In this document: piece after piece, positions 45,725 through 59,050 of the stretch
Numbering within the stretch: position 1 is the first letter of the stretch
Layout of the letters: every line of letters starts with the position of its first letter
From: Eledone cirrhosa
Lineage: Eukaryota
Assembly: GCA_964016885.1 (NCBI GenBank)
Contig: OZ024740.1
Location: 386,632,001 to 386,696,000, forward strand
Reading direction: 5' to 3'
DNA: 64,000 nt
Notes under the pieces: generated by a model
What the model saw: the letters and a program-made list of their open reading frames with translations, nothing else
Database searches by the model: none
Told to the model about the DNA's origin: nothing
Made by a program: the position numbers and the translations under genes

Positions 45725-46515
45725 GGAAAAAATGAAACGAAATTTCATTTCATTTCTCACTCTTAGTACGGCTGTTACTTAAATATAAGTATGTATACGT
45801 ACATACATATATGTATACAGACGTACAGTAGTATGTATATATATACATACATGCACACATATATATATATATGTACGCATGGATTTACCGAGCATTTACT
45901 ATAATGCTCGGATTGTTTGTAAATAAACATCCCGAATTAAGCCGTTGTTTAGCAACCATCGTTGCCCTCTTTTTTCAACACTGACAAAGGAACGATGTAC
46001 TAGTTTCAAGCTTATTAGTTATCGTCAGCACCGTATACCTTCCTGCCAGATGATTGAACGTCTGAAAGTATATACTTTCCTTGTGCATATTAACGGTTGA
46101 GTAGCCTAATTTGCATATTGAATGAGTTAATCGGCGGGGTGCACCGAAAACGATAAATGGAAAAAATGAAACGAAATTTCATTTCATTACTCACTCTTAA
46201 TACGGCTGTTACTTAAATATAAGTATGTATACGTACATACATATATGTATACAGACGTACAGTAGTATGTATATATATATACATACATTTATTATAATGC
46301 TCGGTATGTACGTATGGGTTTACCGAGCAACCATCGATGGTTGCTAAACACTGTACGGCTTAATTCGGGATGTTTGTTTACAAACAAACAACAAACCGAG
46401 CATTATAATAAATGCTCTGCAAATCCATACGTACATATATATATATGTGTGCATATATGTATATATATACACACTACTGTACGTCTGTATACATATATGT
46501 ATGTACGTATACATA

Positions 46516-46520
<5 letters not shown>
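45720..46520 (-). repeat. pLTR-like unit (434 bp period) with inverted tail and HHR at 45993-46033
   Basis: CGGTG-CTGACGA-..-GAAA-CTAG-TA-CATCG; sister of 31285-31825. Confidence 0.72.
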
Positions 46521-46593
<73 letters not shown>

Positions 46594-46786
46594 TTTTAAT
46601 ATAGATGAGATTCTACAGGACTAGAACTGTTTCATTCTTTAGAAATCATCAGAGATCATCAGAAATCATCTAAAGAATGAAACAGTTCTAGTCCTGTAGA
46701 ATCTCATTTATATTAAAACTTTTATACTCTGCAATGTATTGAGTACCTTACTTACTGTGGTTACCTCCGATTCAACCCGGAATAAC

Positions 46787-46830
<44 letters not shown>

Positions 46831-47092
46831 CATGTTTCCCTAAGCGCTTTGTGCGTGTAGGGATATATATACTTTATTATTAATCTCCTCTTGGTCGAGA
46901 AAAAAATGTATCGTTCTGACTGCTGCTAGTTATAGTGGTAGTAAATTGACCTCCCTGCCTTTGTTTCTATCTTTACACACGGCACTTGAAAGAATTGCTC
47001 CCACATCATTTATTCTCATCTCGGGAACAATTTTGAATAGCGCCAGTTCGTAATTTGAACTCGGGAATTTTATATTCTCCGAGTGAAAAGAT

Positions 47093-47176
47093 CCTTCTGA
47101 CGAGAGTTTATCTTTGCAACGGATGCCGTATGGACTGTCCGTTTATTTTTGAGACTCGAAACCGATTCGGTAAAGG
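47093..47176 (+). ncRNA. Type I hammerhead ribozyme
   Basis: CCTT-CTGACGA-GAGTTT..AGACTC-GAAA-CCGATTCGG-TA-AAGG. Confidence 0.85.
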
Positions 47177-47242
47177 TAACCAAAGTGAGTAAAGTTAATT
47201 TTTTAAAATTTATTTTGAAACTTTTTCTTATTTGCTAAACCT

Positions 47243-47342
<100 letters not shown>

Positions 47343-47961
47343 AAGATGGTTAAAAGAGCTCCATGTATTTTATTATGCGCATTTCAAAAACAAATATCAT
47401 CATGGGATGATATTTGCGTTCTCCTACATTATATATATATATATACACACAGTTCAAGCGTAACCAATCTTAAAGAGAGAGAGATGGAGATAGGAGAGGA
47501 GATAGGAGAGGAGAAGAGAGATTGGTGAATTAGTTAGAAGCCAAAGCGTAAAGGCATGTGCTCAATGTGCAATATGCAGTGGAAGGCAGTTAGGTGGCTG
47601 GGTTCAAGCAAAGGTTTGTGCACAGAGCTGGAAATATTCATTAGTTAATCAAAACAAGACCACAAATTTCACAAGGAAGAAATTATTAAAAGATTGTCAA
47701 CATAGTTTTAGTTTAATCTAATGAATGTAGAGAATAATAATAATAATAATATTAATAATAATAATCTCCGTTTACAATTGTTTCGCTACTAATAATAATG
47801 TCCGTTTACAATTGTTTCGCTATATATATATATATATATATATATATAACGAAGGAATTGTGATAAGGAACCAGATGGACCATAACGCACCAGAAATAGC
47901 CGTCGAAACGGCTTGAGCTCTGCTGTCGGGGTCATACTTGTTTCTCTCTCTCTCTCTCTCA

Positions 47962-48027
<66 letters not shown>

Positions 48028-48288
48028 CTCATATATATATCACGATAAATTAACGGAGCCATAGACTCTCGCTATTCCCTGTCAATAATGTGCTCAAAGG
48101 ATAAGGAATCCTGAGCTCTTTAAAATACAATATGTTGAAAAGGTAACACACTAGAGAGAGATAGTGCGCCATCAATAAAACAGGGAAAAACCACCAGTGT
48201 ATGGAATCTATAACCTATGAAAGGCAGGGTAGACACACGATAATTAAAAATATAAATTAAAGTGTATATACATACCTCTATAACTATA

Positions 48289-48361
<73 letters not shown>

Positions 48362-48369
<8 letters not shown>

Positions 48370-48705
48370 AGATCAAAAGATGGTTAAAAGAGTTCCATGT
48401 ATTTTATTATGCGCATTTCAAAAACAAATATCATCATGCAATAACATTTGTGTTTTCATCAGATAAAATAGGAAGACATGATATGAAGGTTAAAAAACAC
48501 TTGTGGATAGTGCAGTTTTAAATCAACAAATCAACATATGTTGATTTAAAACTGTACTATCCACAAGTGATTTTTAACCTTCATATCATGTCTTCCTATT
48601 TTATCTGATGAAAACACAAATGTTATTGCATGATGATATTTGTTTTTGAAATGCGCATAATAAAATACATGGAACTCTTTTAACCATCTTTTGATCTTAT
48701 ATATT
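48362..48705. repeat. Near-perfect palindrome carrying two opposed HHRs (48400-48470 minus, 48597-48667 plus)
   Basis: TATTTTAT-CTGATGA-AAAcACAAAT..ATTTGTtTTT-GAAA-TGCGCA-TA-ATAAAATA in both arms; partial third copy at 47335-47420. Confidence 0.9.
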
Positions 48706-48772
48706 ATGTATACTCCAGTCCTACAAACTGTAGAGTGCTTCTTATCCGATATCTGCATTGTTTTATTGTACT

Positions 48773-48865
<93 letters not shown>

Positions 48866-48999
48866 CTGATTAAAGTTTAAGCAAAGAATCGCTGCTTTCA
48901 CCCTTAACGGGATCTTCTGAAACTAAAAAAAATTGATCTGTTAACGCAGAAGTAAATATTTCGAAAAACGTTACACACTATATATATACACACACACAC

Positions 49000-49095
<96 letters not shown>

Positions 49096-50228
49096 GCTAC
49101 GTCTAATGTCGTAATGTAGACAGCCAGGCATACAGACAGATATTATAAGGGCGCAACGTTATATCTATGTATCTATCTAGAAAGAGAAAGAGTAAGAGTT
49201 ATAGAGAGAGATCGCTAAATCGCCTAATGCGGTCCGTTGGGCATTGAAAATTTGATACAGACATACAGACATTCTCTGTTTTAGATATATAGACTAGCAG
49301 AAAATCACCCGGTGGGCGGTTTTCTGCTAGCAAATCTAGTGTATATACTGATATTGTTGAGATTTGGATGAGAAATGTTTTCGGCACCACATGTTCACCG
49401 TCTCTCGGTGTGTCTTTTATGCATGTATAAATATATATGTTATCTATACGGTGAAATCTTTGAAATAAATATATGTTAAAACGAAAAAGGAGAAAATAAA
49501 TAACTGGCGGTTAGAAAAAAATATTCCTATGAAATTTTAATCATACCATTAGGTGTGAATAAGGAAATATTTTTTTATTGTCAAAACAAATGTTCAAAAG
49601 TTAAACTTCAATTTTTTTAATTATTTCCAATTTTTTCATGAAATTGAACACTGGACATTGGCTGCTGGAAATGGAAATTAAATCGTATTTAATTGTATTT
49701 AAATTTCTAACCTTATTTTATTATTTATATTTTTTCAATAAGAAATTTAAAAAAACAACAAGAAAATTGAAGAAAAAAATTGAACAAATCAAACGTAGGT
49801 TATGTAACTGCGCAATCTGATTAATAAATTACCTCAACAGCAGCAACCTTCTTCAAATAGTCCTTATTATCAGCAGCAACAACCACAAATTCAATGGCAA
49901 CCTTCTTCGCATGGTGTCAAGTCAGAACCGCCTCGAACTGGTTACTTCTGGCTTGTGCAAGGTGTCTCTATAGCAACCAGCGATTCCCTCGGCCTCAGTG
50001 ACCAAAGTCAGTGGAGAGGGGAAGGTAATGTTTCTATAGCGACAGTGTTTCTCTTGGTAGTACCAAAGTGGAGAAAGGAAGGGGAAGGTAATATTTCTGT
50101 AGCACCTACATTTGAGTTTTAGGGAAGGACAGACAGACAAACAGAGAAATGCCCATATATTTCTGTGTGTGTATATATATATATATATTATACTAATGCT
50201 TAGATATGTAAAAATGAAGCAATGTTTC

Positions 50229-50421
50229 TAATAATTGTTTCTACTTTTGGCACAAGGCCAGCAATTCACCAGTACATTACTGGTACTTTATTTTATCGAC
50301 CCCGTGAGGATGAAAGGCAAAGTTAACCTCGGCGGTATTTGAACTCAGATCGTAAAGGGACGTAACTCCATGCTATGAAGCATGGTGTCCGACTCTCTAC
50401 AGATTCTGCCAATCCACCGCC
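50229..50421 (-). mobile_element. tRNA-derived SINE (further copies at 5906-5981, 52268-52433, 53530-53680 on minus; 56125-56320 on plus)
   Basis: Reverse complement of the 42966 SINE. Confidence 0.85.
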
Positions 50422-50979
50422 CTAATGTCTGTACGTAATGAGGGAGTGAGAGGGGAGAGAAAGAAAGGCAGAGGTGAAGTGACGAAGTGACTCTCTCCTC
50501 CTCCTCCTCCTCCTCCTCCTCCTCCTCCTCCTCCTCCTCCTCCTCCTCCTCCTCCTCTCCATTCGTCATAGCGATAGAGGGGAGGAATGTTAGTGTGTTA
50601 CAAAGAGAAAGAGTGAGAGTGAGAGAAACAGACAGACTGAAAGAGAGGGATAGCTGGAGAGATAGAGGGATAGCAACCACGCGCGCATGTGTTTCCACTG
50701 TCGGACAGACAGACAGAGAAATTGCTGGTTATATATTATAAGGAGATAAGATAATCACCAGTTACAATTTTAGCTCATTGAGATAATCAGAGCGTTATAA
50801 GCTCAAAGTGTGAAAAGTAAGCGAGATAGAAATATTTACCGTCTTACCATAAAAATCCCGATAATGTTTTCACCTGTAAGGCTTGAAGGTGACTTATTTC
50901 TATCAATCCTTTGTACCTGCCGACTGTTTCGGAAAAAAATCATACATAACGGTCACTTGAAGATATCTCTTGTGCTGAG

Positions 50980-51253
50980 ATCTTCTGATGAGCTGATGTT
51001 CTCTCAATTTTCAATATCCTATCCTAAATTGATTTTATAGGGGAAACTATGGTCGGGATTTTTATTATGAGAAGATAAATATTTTTATCACGTTTACTTT
51101 TCCTACTGAATCTATATATATATATATATATATATTATTTAGAAGGACAAACAAACAAACTCAGGAGTCAATAGTACATAGTGTTATTAGCTTCACGCTT
51201 GGTGAGAGTGGGGGATATTTCGACGTTTTGGACATAAGTCCTTCATCAGCAAA
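50980..51253. ncRNA. Two degenerate hammerhead motifs (50980-51059 plus; 51218-51253 minus)
   Basis: ATCTT-CTGATGA..GAAA-CTATGG-TC-GGGAT; and CTGATGA-AGGAC-TTAT-GTCC-AAAA-CG-TC. Confidence 0.5.
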
Positions 51254-51369
51254 GTGGAGAAGAACTCCGAGAGGGAGTGAGGAGGGTAATAAGGAGGGAA
51301 GTTAACAGGAAGAACACGAAAGGAAGGGGGAAAAATAAAAATAAAAATAAATAAAAACAGAATTGTGTG

Positions 51370-51441
<72 letters not shown>

Positions 51442-52461
51442 TTCGTATGTGTGTGTGTGCATAAATCCGTGTAGAGCAAATATTTATTATTAGCAGAGAT
51501 TAAAAGTTTACTATTAAGAAGTATTATTTTACAAAGCTGTTTATCAAACACAAAACACACTATCAAAAGAAACCAAATGAAAAGGAAATGAAAAGGAGAA
51601 AAAGAAAGAAAAAAAGAATTTAGCAATGAAATATAGGGAGAGGGGACAGACGGACCCCAGTCTGGGTGGTGTTTCAGCTGTGCCCTGCAGACAAAATGGC
51701 ATTACGAAGGAGAATGGCCACAGGCACCAGCTGCAACAACAACTTCACCTCACGGGGTTCCGTCCTCAAGCGGGCTGCTGTCTCCTGACCCTGTGTCCAG
51801 TCGTGTCGATGGGTTTACGCAGCGCGGGCAGTGCCATGAGTGCAGAGACACCGACGCGCGTCGAATAAGTTTGACGCAAGAAAGGTGAAAGAAATTGTTA
51901 CAGTTGGAATACTTCCTTCCTTTCTTTCACCTGTTGCGCATGACAGACAAGTGTCACTGCTCGACTTCCTGCAGGGTTGGGGGATCTGGAGGAACTTCGA
52001 AAATGTCTACAGCCTTCAATCCCACTTGTTCCCTAAACCTAGCCGAGACTGAGTTTAGGGAACAAGTGGGATTGAAGGCTGAACTGATGTATCCAAAAGA
52101 TAAAGAGAGAGATAGGGAAATGTGTTTCTATTTTTCAAAGGAAATATTTACTCTTCATGAAATATATCTGAATCAACGAATTGATGTATCTCAGTTTCAG
52201 AAGAAACCACATTATAGTGAAAGCAGTTTGCTTAAACTTTTAATCTCTGCCAACAACAACAATAATAATAATTGTTTCTACTTTAGGCACAAGACCAGCA
52301 AATACCCAGTGCATTACTGGTACTTTATTTTATCGACCCCGTAAGGATGAAAGGCAAAGTCAACCTCGGCGGGATTTGAACTCAGATCGTAAAGGGACGT
52401 AACTATGCTGGAAAGCATGGCGTCCGACCCTCTTATAGGCACAAGGTCAGCAATTTTGATC

Positions 52462-52822
52462 AGGTGAAGGTGCTGTGGGATTTCAAGATACAAACATATA
52501 ATGAATTAGAACACAATAGCCCTGACCTGGTAGTTTTTGACAAGGAAAAAAGATCTTGCTTGATTATAGATGCAGCCTGCCCCTTTGACACAAGAGTGCA
52601 AGAAAAGGAGAAGGAGAAAATTAACCGGTACCAGGATTTAAAGTGGGAACTGAAAAGGATTTGAAACTGTCACGAGATCACGGTCTTCCTCGTCGTCATT
52701 CAAGCACTTGGTACTATATCGAAGAGCTTCCAAAACTGGTTAAAGAACATTAGCCCAGTCCCATCTTTTGGAACGCCCTAGAAGGCATGCCTACTGGGAA
52801 CAACAGAAAGGATCCTTCGATA
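52462..52822 (+). mobile_element. RLE-type (R2/R4-like) LINE 3' fragment
   Basis: VLWDFKIQT..HNSPDLVVFDK..CLIIDAACP..EKINRYQDL..ALGTI..KACLLGT. Confidence 0.85.
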
Positions 52823-52824
52823 TG

Positions 52825-53517
<693 letters not shown>

Positions 53518-53699
53518 TATATATATATGAGGGGAGGTAAAAGTCGATGAAATCGACTCCATTACATTACTGGTACTTTATTTTATCGACCCAATAAGGA
53601 TGAAATGCAAAGCTAACCTCGGCAGGATTTGAAATCAGCGAAGCAGGGTGTCCGATGCTCAACCGATATTGCCAATCTGTTTAATACCCCGTCGATAGA

Positions 53700-54340
53700 A
53701 CAACCCCCAACTTCAGGAGCGTGTTGTGCAAGTGCTCCTTTCTTCCTTTTGCTCTCTTCTTCAACCTACAGGTTTATATACAGAGAAGGCCCAATCACTC
53801 GGGCTATTTTTGTCACATTCACTCACCTTTCAGTAAATTTACTGGGGTGCAGTGCCTCTCTCTCCATTCTGATTCTCCTTCTAAAGTGGTATCTAAAGAA
53901 GGGAATGAGTTGTTATCCGGAGAGAAAGGCGTCTGTCCTCAGTCCTCTCAATCACGTCCACCATATAACTTCTTTCACCATAGCCACTATACAGAGGAAA
54001 ACCGCCTCTCTTTCGTTTTTGAAATAAGTTGGCGGTTTGATCCTTACTATGGACTCGGCAGTCAACTGAATTTGTCCCATACGCGACAGTAGTTGTTCCG
54101 TGTAGTTCCACAGGTCGGTTACGCTCGGGCAGTGTACAATTGCGTGCAGGACGGTTTCAATGTCCTCTCGGAAGGATCCCTGCTGAGGCGGCCGTGCCTG
54201 TAGATCTTGTCACGAACTGGTAGAGCTCCTCGGTAACACTGCCAGGCCAGGGACCTCTGGAAGTTGTCCATGGGTCCCGGGTCCTACCAAACAGACTAGT
54301 GAGTTCGTCGTCTTCGACGCCTAGAGTCTCTCCGAGCACG
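53700..54340 (-). mobile_element. Tx1/L1-type LINE 3' fragment related to 2382-6123
   Basis: LGETLGVEDDEL..MDNFQRSLAWQCYR..ETVLHAIVHCP..FFRYHFRRRIRMER parallels 5100-5700. Confidence 0.8.
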
Positions 54341-54680
54341 AAGAATTTCCAGAACAGGAAGAATTTCCAAAACTGATCAGATTAGAGCAAAAATCACGAG
54401 CACTCTATCTGAAAATTATTTTTGAAAAGCATCAGAAATGCGCAACCGGTAAAAACTTAAAACTAAAACTGAATACTAACTAATACTTATTACTAATTTA
54501 TACTTATTCCTAATTAAACTATTTTTCACTGGGAAAAATTTGTCAGCATTTTCTTTTCCTTTTACCAATATATCACAACTCGTGTGTTACACCTCTATTT
54601 AAAAAAAAAATATATATATATACATATATATCAGGAAAAAAAGATGTTTGATGATGATGGTGATGAATATCTAAATATAT

Positions 54681-54986
54681 AACCTTCTATACGAACTATC
54701 GATGCGCTGGATGATTTGAAAGACTTTAGAAAATGTTGGTTTTCCGATCGTAGAAAATGATTGTGATTGTAACCACCGCCGTTTGCTTTAAATAATAGCT
54801 TAGGAAATACACCTTTAGACGGAAAAATGTAGTCAGGCGCCGCTACAGAAAATTGAACTCCGTATCTCTCGAATTCTGACCGAGTGCTCTAACCATTTCA
54901 ATTAGGTAGCTATAATGGGTTCTAGATCCCTACATTTTCTAAAAATTCCAAATTATCCAACACTTCGATAGTTCATATAGAAGGTT
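54681..54986. repeat. Imperfect ~55 bp inverted repeats enclosing a decayed tRNA-like sequence
   Basis: AACCTTCTATACGAACTATCGA.. versus ..TCGATAGTTCATATAGAAGGTT; minus-strand TGGTTAGAGCACTCGG..GAGTTCAATT at 54838-54911. Confidence 0.5.
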
Positions 54987-55248
54987 GTTTACATCCACAG
55001 TGCTCAGTATAACTATTTAATTCAGATGGAATTTGTGACCAGAGGCCCCTTAGCTCAATAGTTAGTTCGGGATTCAAAAGAACATTTTCTTTAGTTGTCA
55101 TTTTAAAATCTTATTGTACACAATGGTCCGAAAGTCTTGTCACCCCTTGTCACATATTGTTTTAACTTTCATTATTTTTTGTTTTAATAATATAATATAT
55201 AATATCATTAATCATAATATATAATAATAATCATATAATTTTCTATTT

Positions 55249-55610
55249 GAGAGCTCCTACAGTTTGGACGAGAGGCTGCTTGCAAGTGTATGGACACATG
55301 ATCGTGTGCATTCTGGCAAGAGCATGGAGGATGTGCAAATTGACTTCACTGCAAGATTCGGCAAACCAGCTCCTCCGAAGAGGACGATACTGCGATGGGA
55401 ACATAAACTGTTTCTCATTACTTTTTGGTAGGGGTGAGAAGACTTTCGGACCACCCTGTAGTTATTCAACCACTACATGGGGCGTTGTCACATACTCCTT
55501 CAGCCTTTTATCAGAGATGGAGACGGTTTGACGTTAGCCTGCACGGATTCAGCTATGCATCATGACAGAGGTAGATGATCTGGATGGATTTTTTTTCTTT
55601 GGAGCAATTT
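55249..55610 (+). pseudogene. Tc1/mariner transposase N-terminal HTH (DUF4817-like) remnant
   Basis: YSLDERLLASVW..SMEDVQIDFTARFGKPAPPKRTILRWEHKLF in a frame not listed in the ORF track. Confidence 0.6.
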
Positions 55611-55901
55611 AACGCGACAACAATAACACATATTCATGATCGCCTATGTTGAAGACCTACGTCTGATCGATGAAAACAATAGAAATCTCTTTTCTGTTCG
55701 GCACATTTCTTCTAGACCTTTCTCTTGTGGATATCATCATAACAGCCGTATCGCAAGCATGTATGACAACACAATGTATTTGGCAGTTTATTTTATTGTT
55801 CTATTTCATTCTCAAGCAGTTGAGAATGACGTGATCCAGTATCTTACAAGCAATGGATAACAGTGAAATGTCTCGGAAGTAGCCACATTCAACATCGTTG
55901 C

Positions 55902-55987
<86 letters not shown>

Positions 55988-56966
55988 GAAACAATAGCAT
56001 TTCAGAATTTATTATGTCATGGTCTCCGGCTAGTTATGAAATGTATTTGAAGTAGTTTATTGTTGTCAACAAATTTATATATGACATTATTTTCAACTGA
56101 ACATAGGCGGAGGTGGGGGTGGGGGTGATTTGGCAGGGTTGTTAGAGCGACGGACAAATGCTTAGTAGCATTTGTTCCAACTCTTTACGTTCTGAGTAAA
56201 AATCCTGTTGAGGTCAACTTGATCTTTTATCCTTCCGAAACCAATTATTGCAGTCGATATGACCGAATTTTCCTTTTCTATAAATTGCCAGCCTTGTGCC
56301 AAAACTAAAAAATCATTATTTTCATCTGAACTTTATTGATACAAATATAATTTTCCGTTAGATATAAATCTGCCAATAGTTCCATTCGAGAGGTCTGAAG
56401 TGTCATACTACATATGTAGATTTTTTTTAAAATGACACTTTAAATACAAAGATTAATATTGCCCTTATTCATTTTCAATTATTATCAAAGCATTGTAATA
56501 AAGTTTCTGTAGTTCTAAAATCTATCTATTTATCTGTATATCTGTCTGTTTGACTGTTTGTCTGTAGCGAAATCTAAGCAGAGAGATTTGAACTATTGTT
56601 CTCCCGGTCGGCGAAATAAATCATACAACCGCATACACTGACTTCTGGCCTCATAGATAAACAATCTCCCTTGTATTGTACCCGGTATATTTTATTTCCT
56701 TTGTTTTGGAAGAATACAGTTCTCGCGGTGGTGGGGGTGGTGGGGGTTCTGCTTATTGTCAACGATAACAGTATTCTCCTAAATAGTCCGCTCTCAGCTG
56801 TCCAAGACTCTGTCCGGTTCTGTTTGCGACAGAACCAGAATGATATATTTGCCAACAGATACTCATTTCGGCCTTTTCGTCCAGTGAGCTGAGACAGATA
56901 TACTCCCGTTCAATTCCAACAAAGCTTACCTCCAGCTGGGCAATATAATAATTATTTTATTTTACA

Positions 56967-57582
56967 CTAGCAATGGTACCCGGCGTTGCACGGGATAAGG
57001 TATTTTGGAACGCGGGCCGCCAACAGACCTAATCGTGGAAAAACTGCATACCTGGACAATATGTAAAGAAAATAAACCGAATACTCTGATGGCTGGATAA
57101 TCTTTAAGATTTTCCTCGATGAAGCAAGAAAAATGCAGGTTTTCACCTAAGGGCCCCAGAGGATCAAGAAAATGAATTTTTTTATGTGCATAACATGCCT
57201 TGAAATTTCGGGAAAAGAGCCCTAAAAAGCTGAAAAAATGAAGTTTTTCACCTAATGCGGGCCCTAGGCCATAAGAAAGTTGGATTTTCTTGGCTCACGG
57301 TATGAAGAAGAGACTGACTAATACATAGTTACAATTTCAAGGAAATCGGTCTGATGTAACGCCTCAAAAAAGACCTAAAACGCTGAAAAAAACGCAGTTT
57401 TTCACCTAATGCATCACCTAGGGCATCAAAAAGTTGAAATTTTTTATGTGCATAACACTCCCTGAAACATAAGTAATACACATGTAAAGTTTGAAAAAAA
57501 TCGGTGGGTACTTCTCGAGTTTTAGGGATTCAAACTCACAGACACACATACAGACATACGGCCGTCAGCTTTATATTATAGA
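56967..57582 (-). mobile_element. Complete non-autonomous Helitron-like element
   Basis: A|TCTATAATATAAAG 5' end; 3' hairpin CCCGTGCAACGCCGGG followed by CTAG|T; no TSD. Confidence 0.8.
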
Positions 57583-58218
57583 TAAAAAAAAACATTATAT
57601 GACAAAAGAAGAACATTACAAGAAATCCCATATTTACGAACGTACACTATACAATTATTGATTTCCCAAGCCCCAAAACTCTCCTCTCCACCACCGCCAT
57701 TATTGCCACCCCTCCTGTTATTTGGGACCCGAGAGTGCCACAAAACTCTCCTCCTCTCTATGTCTATCACACAAAACTCTCTTTTAATCCCTCTCTCTCT
57801 ATCTGCTAACACCAAACTCTACGCCTCTCTATATCTACCACGACACCACCTCTCTTATCCCACTCTCTATATCTAAGACTAATACATTCTCCCACTCTCT
57901 ATAAATATCTACACCTATCTCTTTCGATCCCCCCCCCCCCCCCTGTTTATCAATCACCCCTAAACTCTCACCCTTTCTATATCTACTACACGGCACTCTC
58001 CCATTATCTCTCTCTGTATATTTACAACCACCAAATTCTCCCCCTCTCTATATCTATCACAAGGTAGTCTCTTCCAATCCCCCTCTCTATATCAAGTAAC
58101 ACCAAACTCTCCCCCTCTCTGTATCTAATACATGGAACTCTTCTTCTTCTTCTTCTTCTTCTTCTTCTTCTTCTTCTTCTTCTTCTTCTTCTTCTTCTTC
58201 TTCTTCTTCTTCTTCTTC

Positions 58219-58275
<57 letters not shown>

Positions 58276-58689
58276 GTGCGTGCGCGCGCGTGTGCATATG
58301 ACAAGCCATATATACATATATATATATACATAAAAAAACACACATATATGTATATGTATGGTGCTGATACCTATGCAGCTAAGGAATTTCCCGGTTTCTT
58401 AAGAATATCAGCGACGTGGCAACAAGCCCCACCCTACCAACTTGTATTCCGTTACAAGTGAGAGAAATATATAGCATCTGCCTTTGATTTGGAAAAGTTA
58501 AAATCTCATAGTAACTTTTTATCTGTTGAAGTTAGATCAACAACGCCTCTTAATTTTCATACATCCACGTATACAAAAGCTTGGGCACATCATCACTATT
58601 GTATGTTGGAGTCACTGGGTGATTTGGGTCTTACAACAAACCTTCTCATCCAGGTGACCCAACCCAATCGCCAGTCTCTGTCCAAATGA

Positions 58690-59050
58690 CATACATACTA
58701 TTGGCCCCACCGGTCAATTCTCTTTAGCCATAGACATCTAGATGACTTCTCTACTGCTTCCACGTTGTTCCTGATGGCTCTCCGCCAGCTTGCTACCGTA
58801 ATACTCAGAGCTACATAGGTTTTGCTAAGTGAACGAGCTGCAAATCCTCGGTTGCCAAACCTTCCTGGCCTGCACCTGGTTTTCTACCTATTCCTGCAAC
58901 AGGTCTTCACAAACTGATACCTTGCTCTCTTCTTCTTCTGTGCCTCTCAAACAACAGTTAACTTCACTAGAATGAACTGCCCTGACCTCGAAAATCATGG
59001 CGATATCTTGTCTCAACATGAACTGAGTGATCTGCGCGGAAACGACATAT
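58690..59050 (-). mobile_element. Very decayed RLE-LINE 3' fragment
   Basis: ..EEERARYQ..GNRGFAARSL..EAVEKSSRCLWL resembles RLE C-termini. Confidence 0.4.

Noticed and set aside
54838-54911. tRNA gene
   Set aside because: Cloverleaf stems are broken; at most a tRNA-derived remnant
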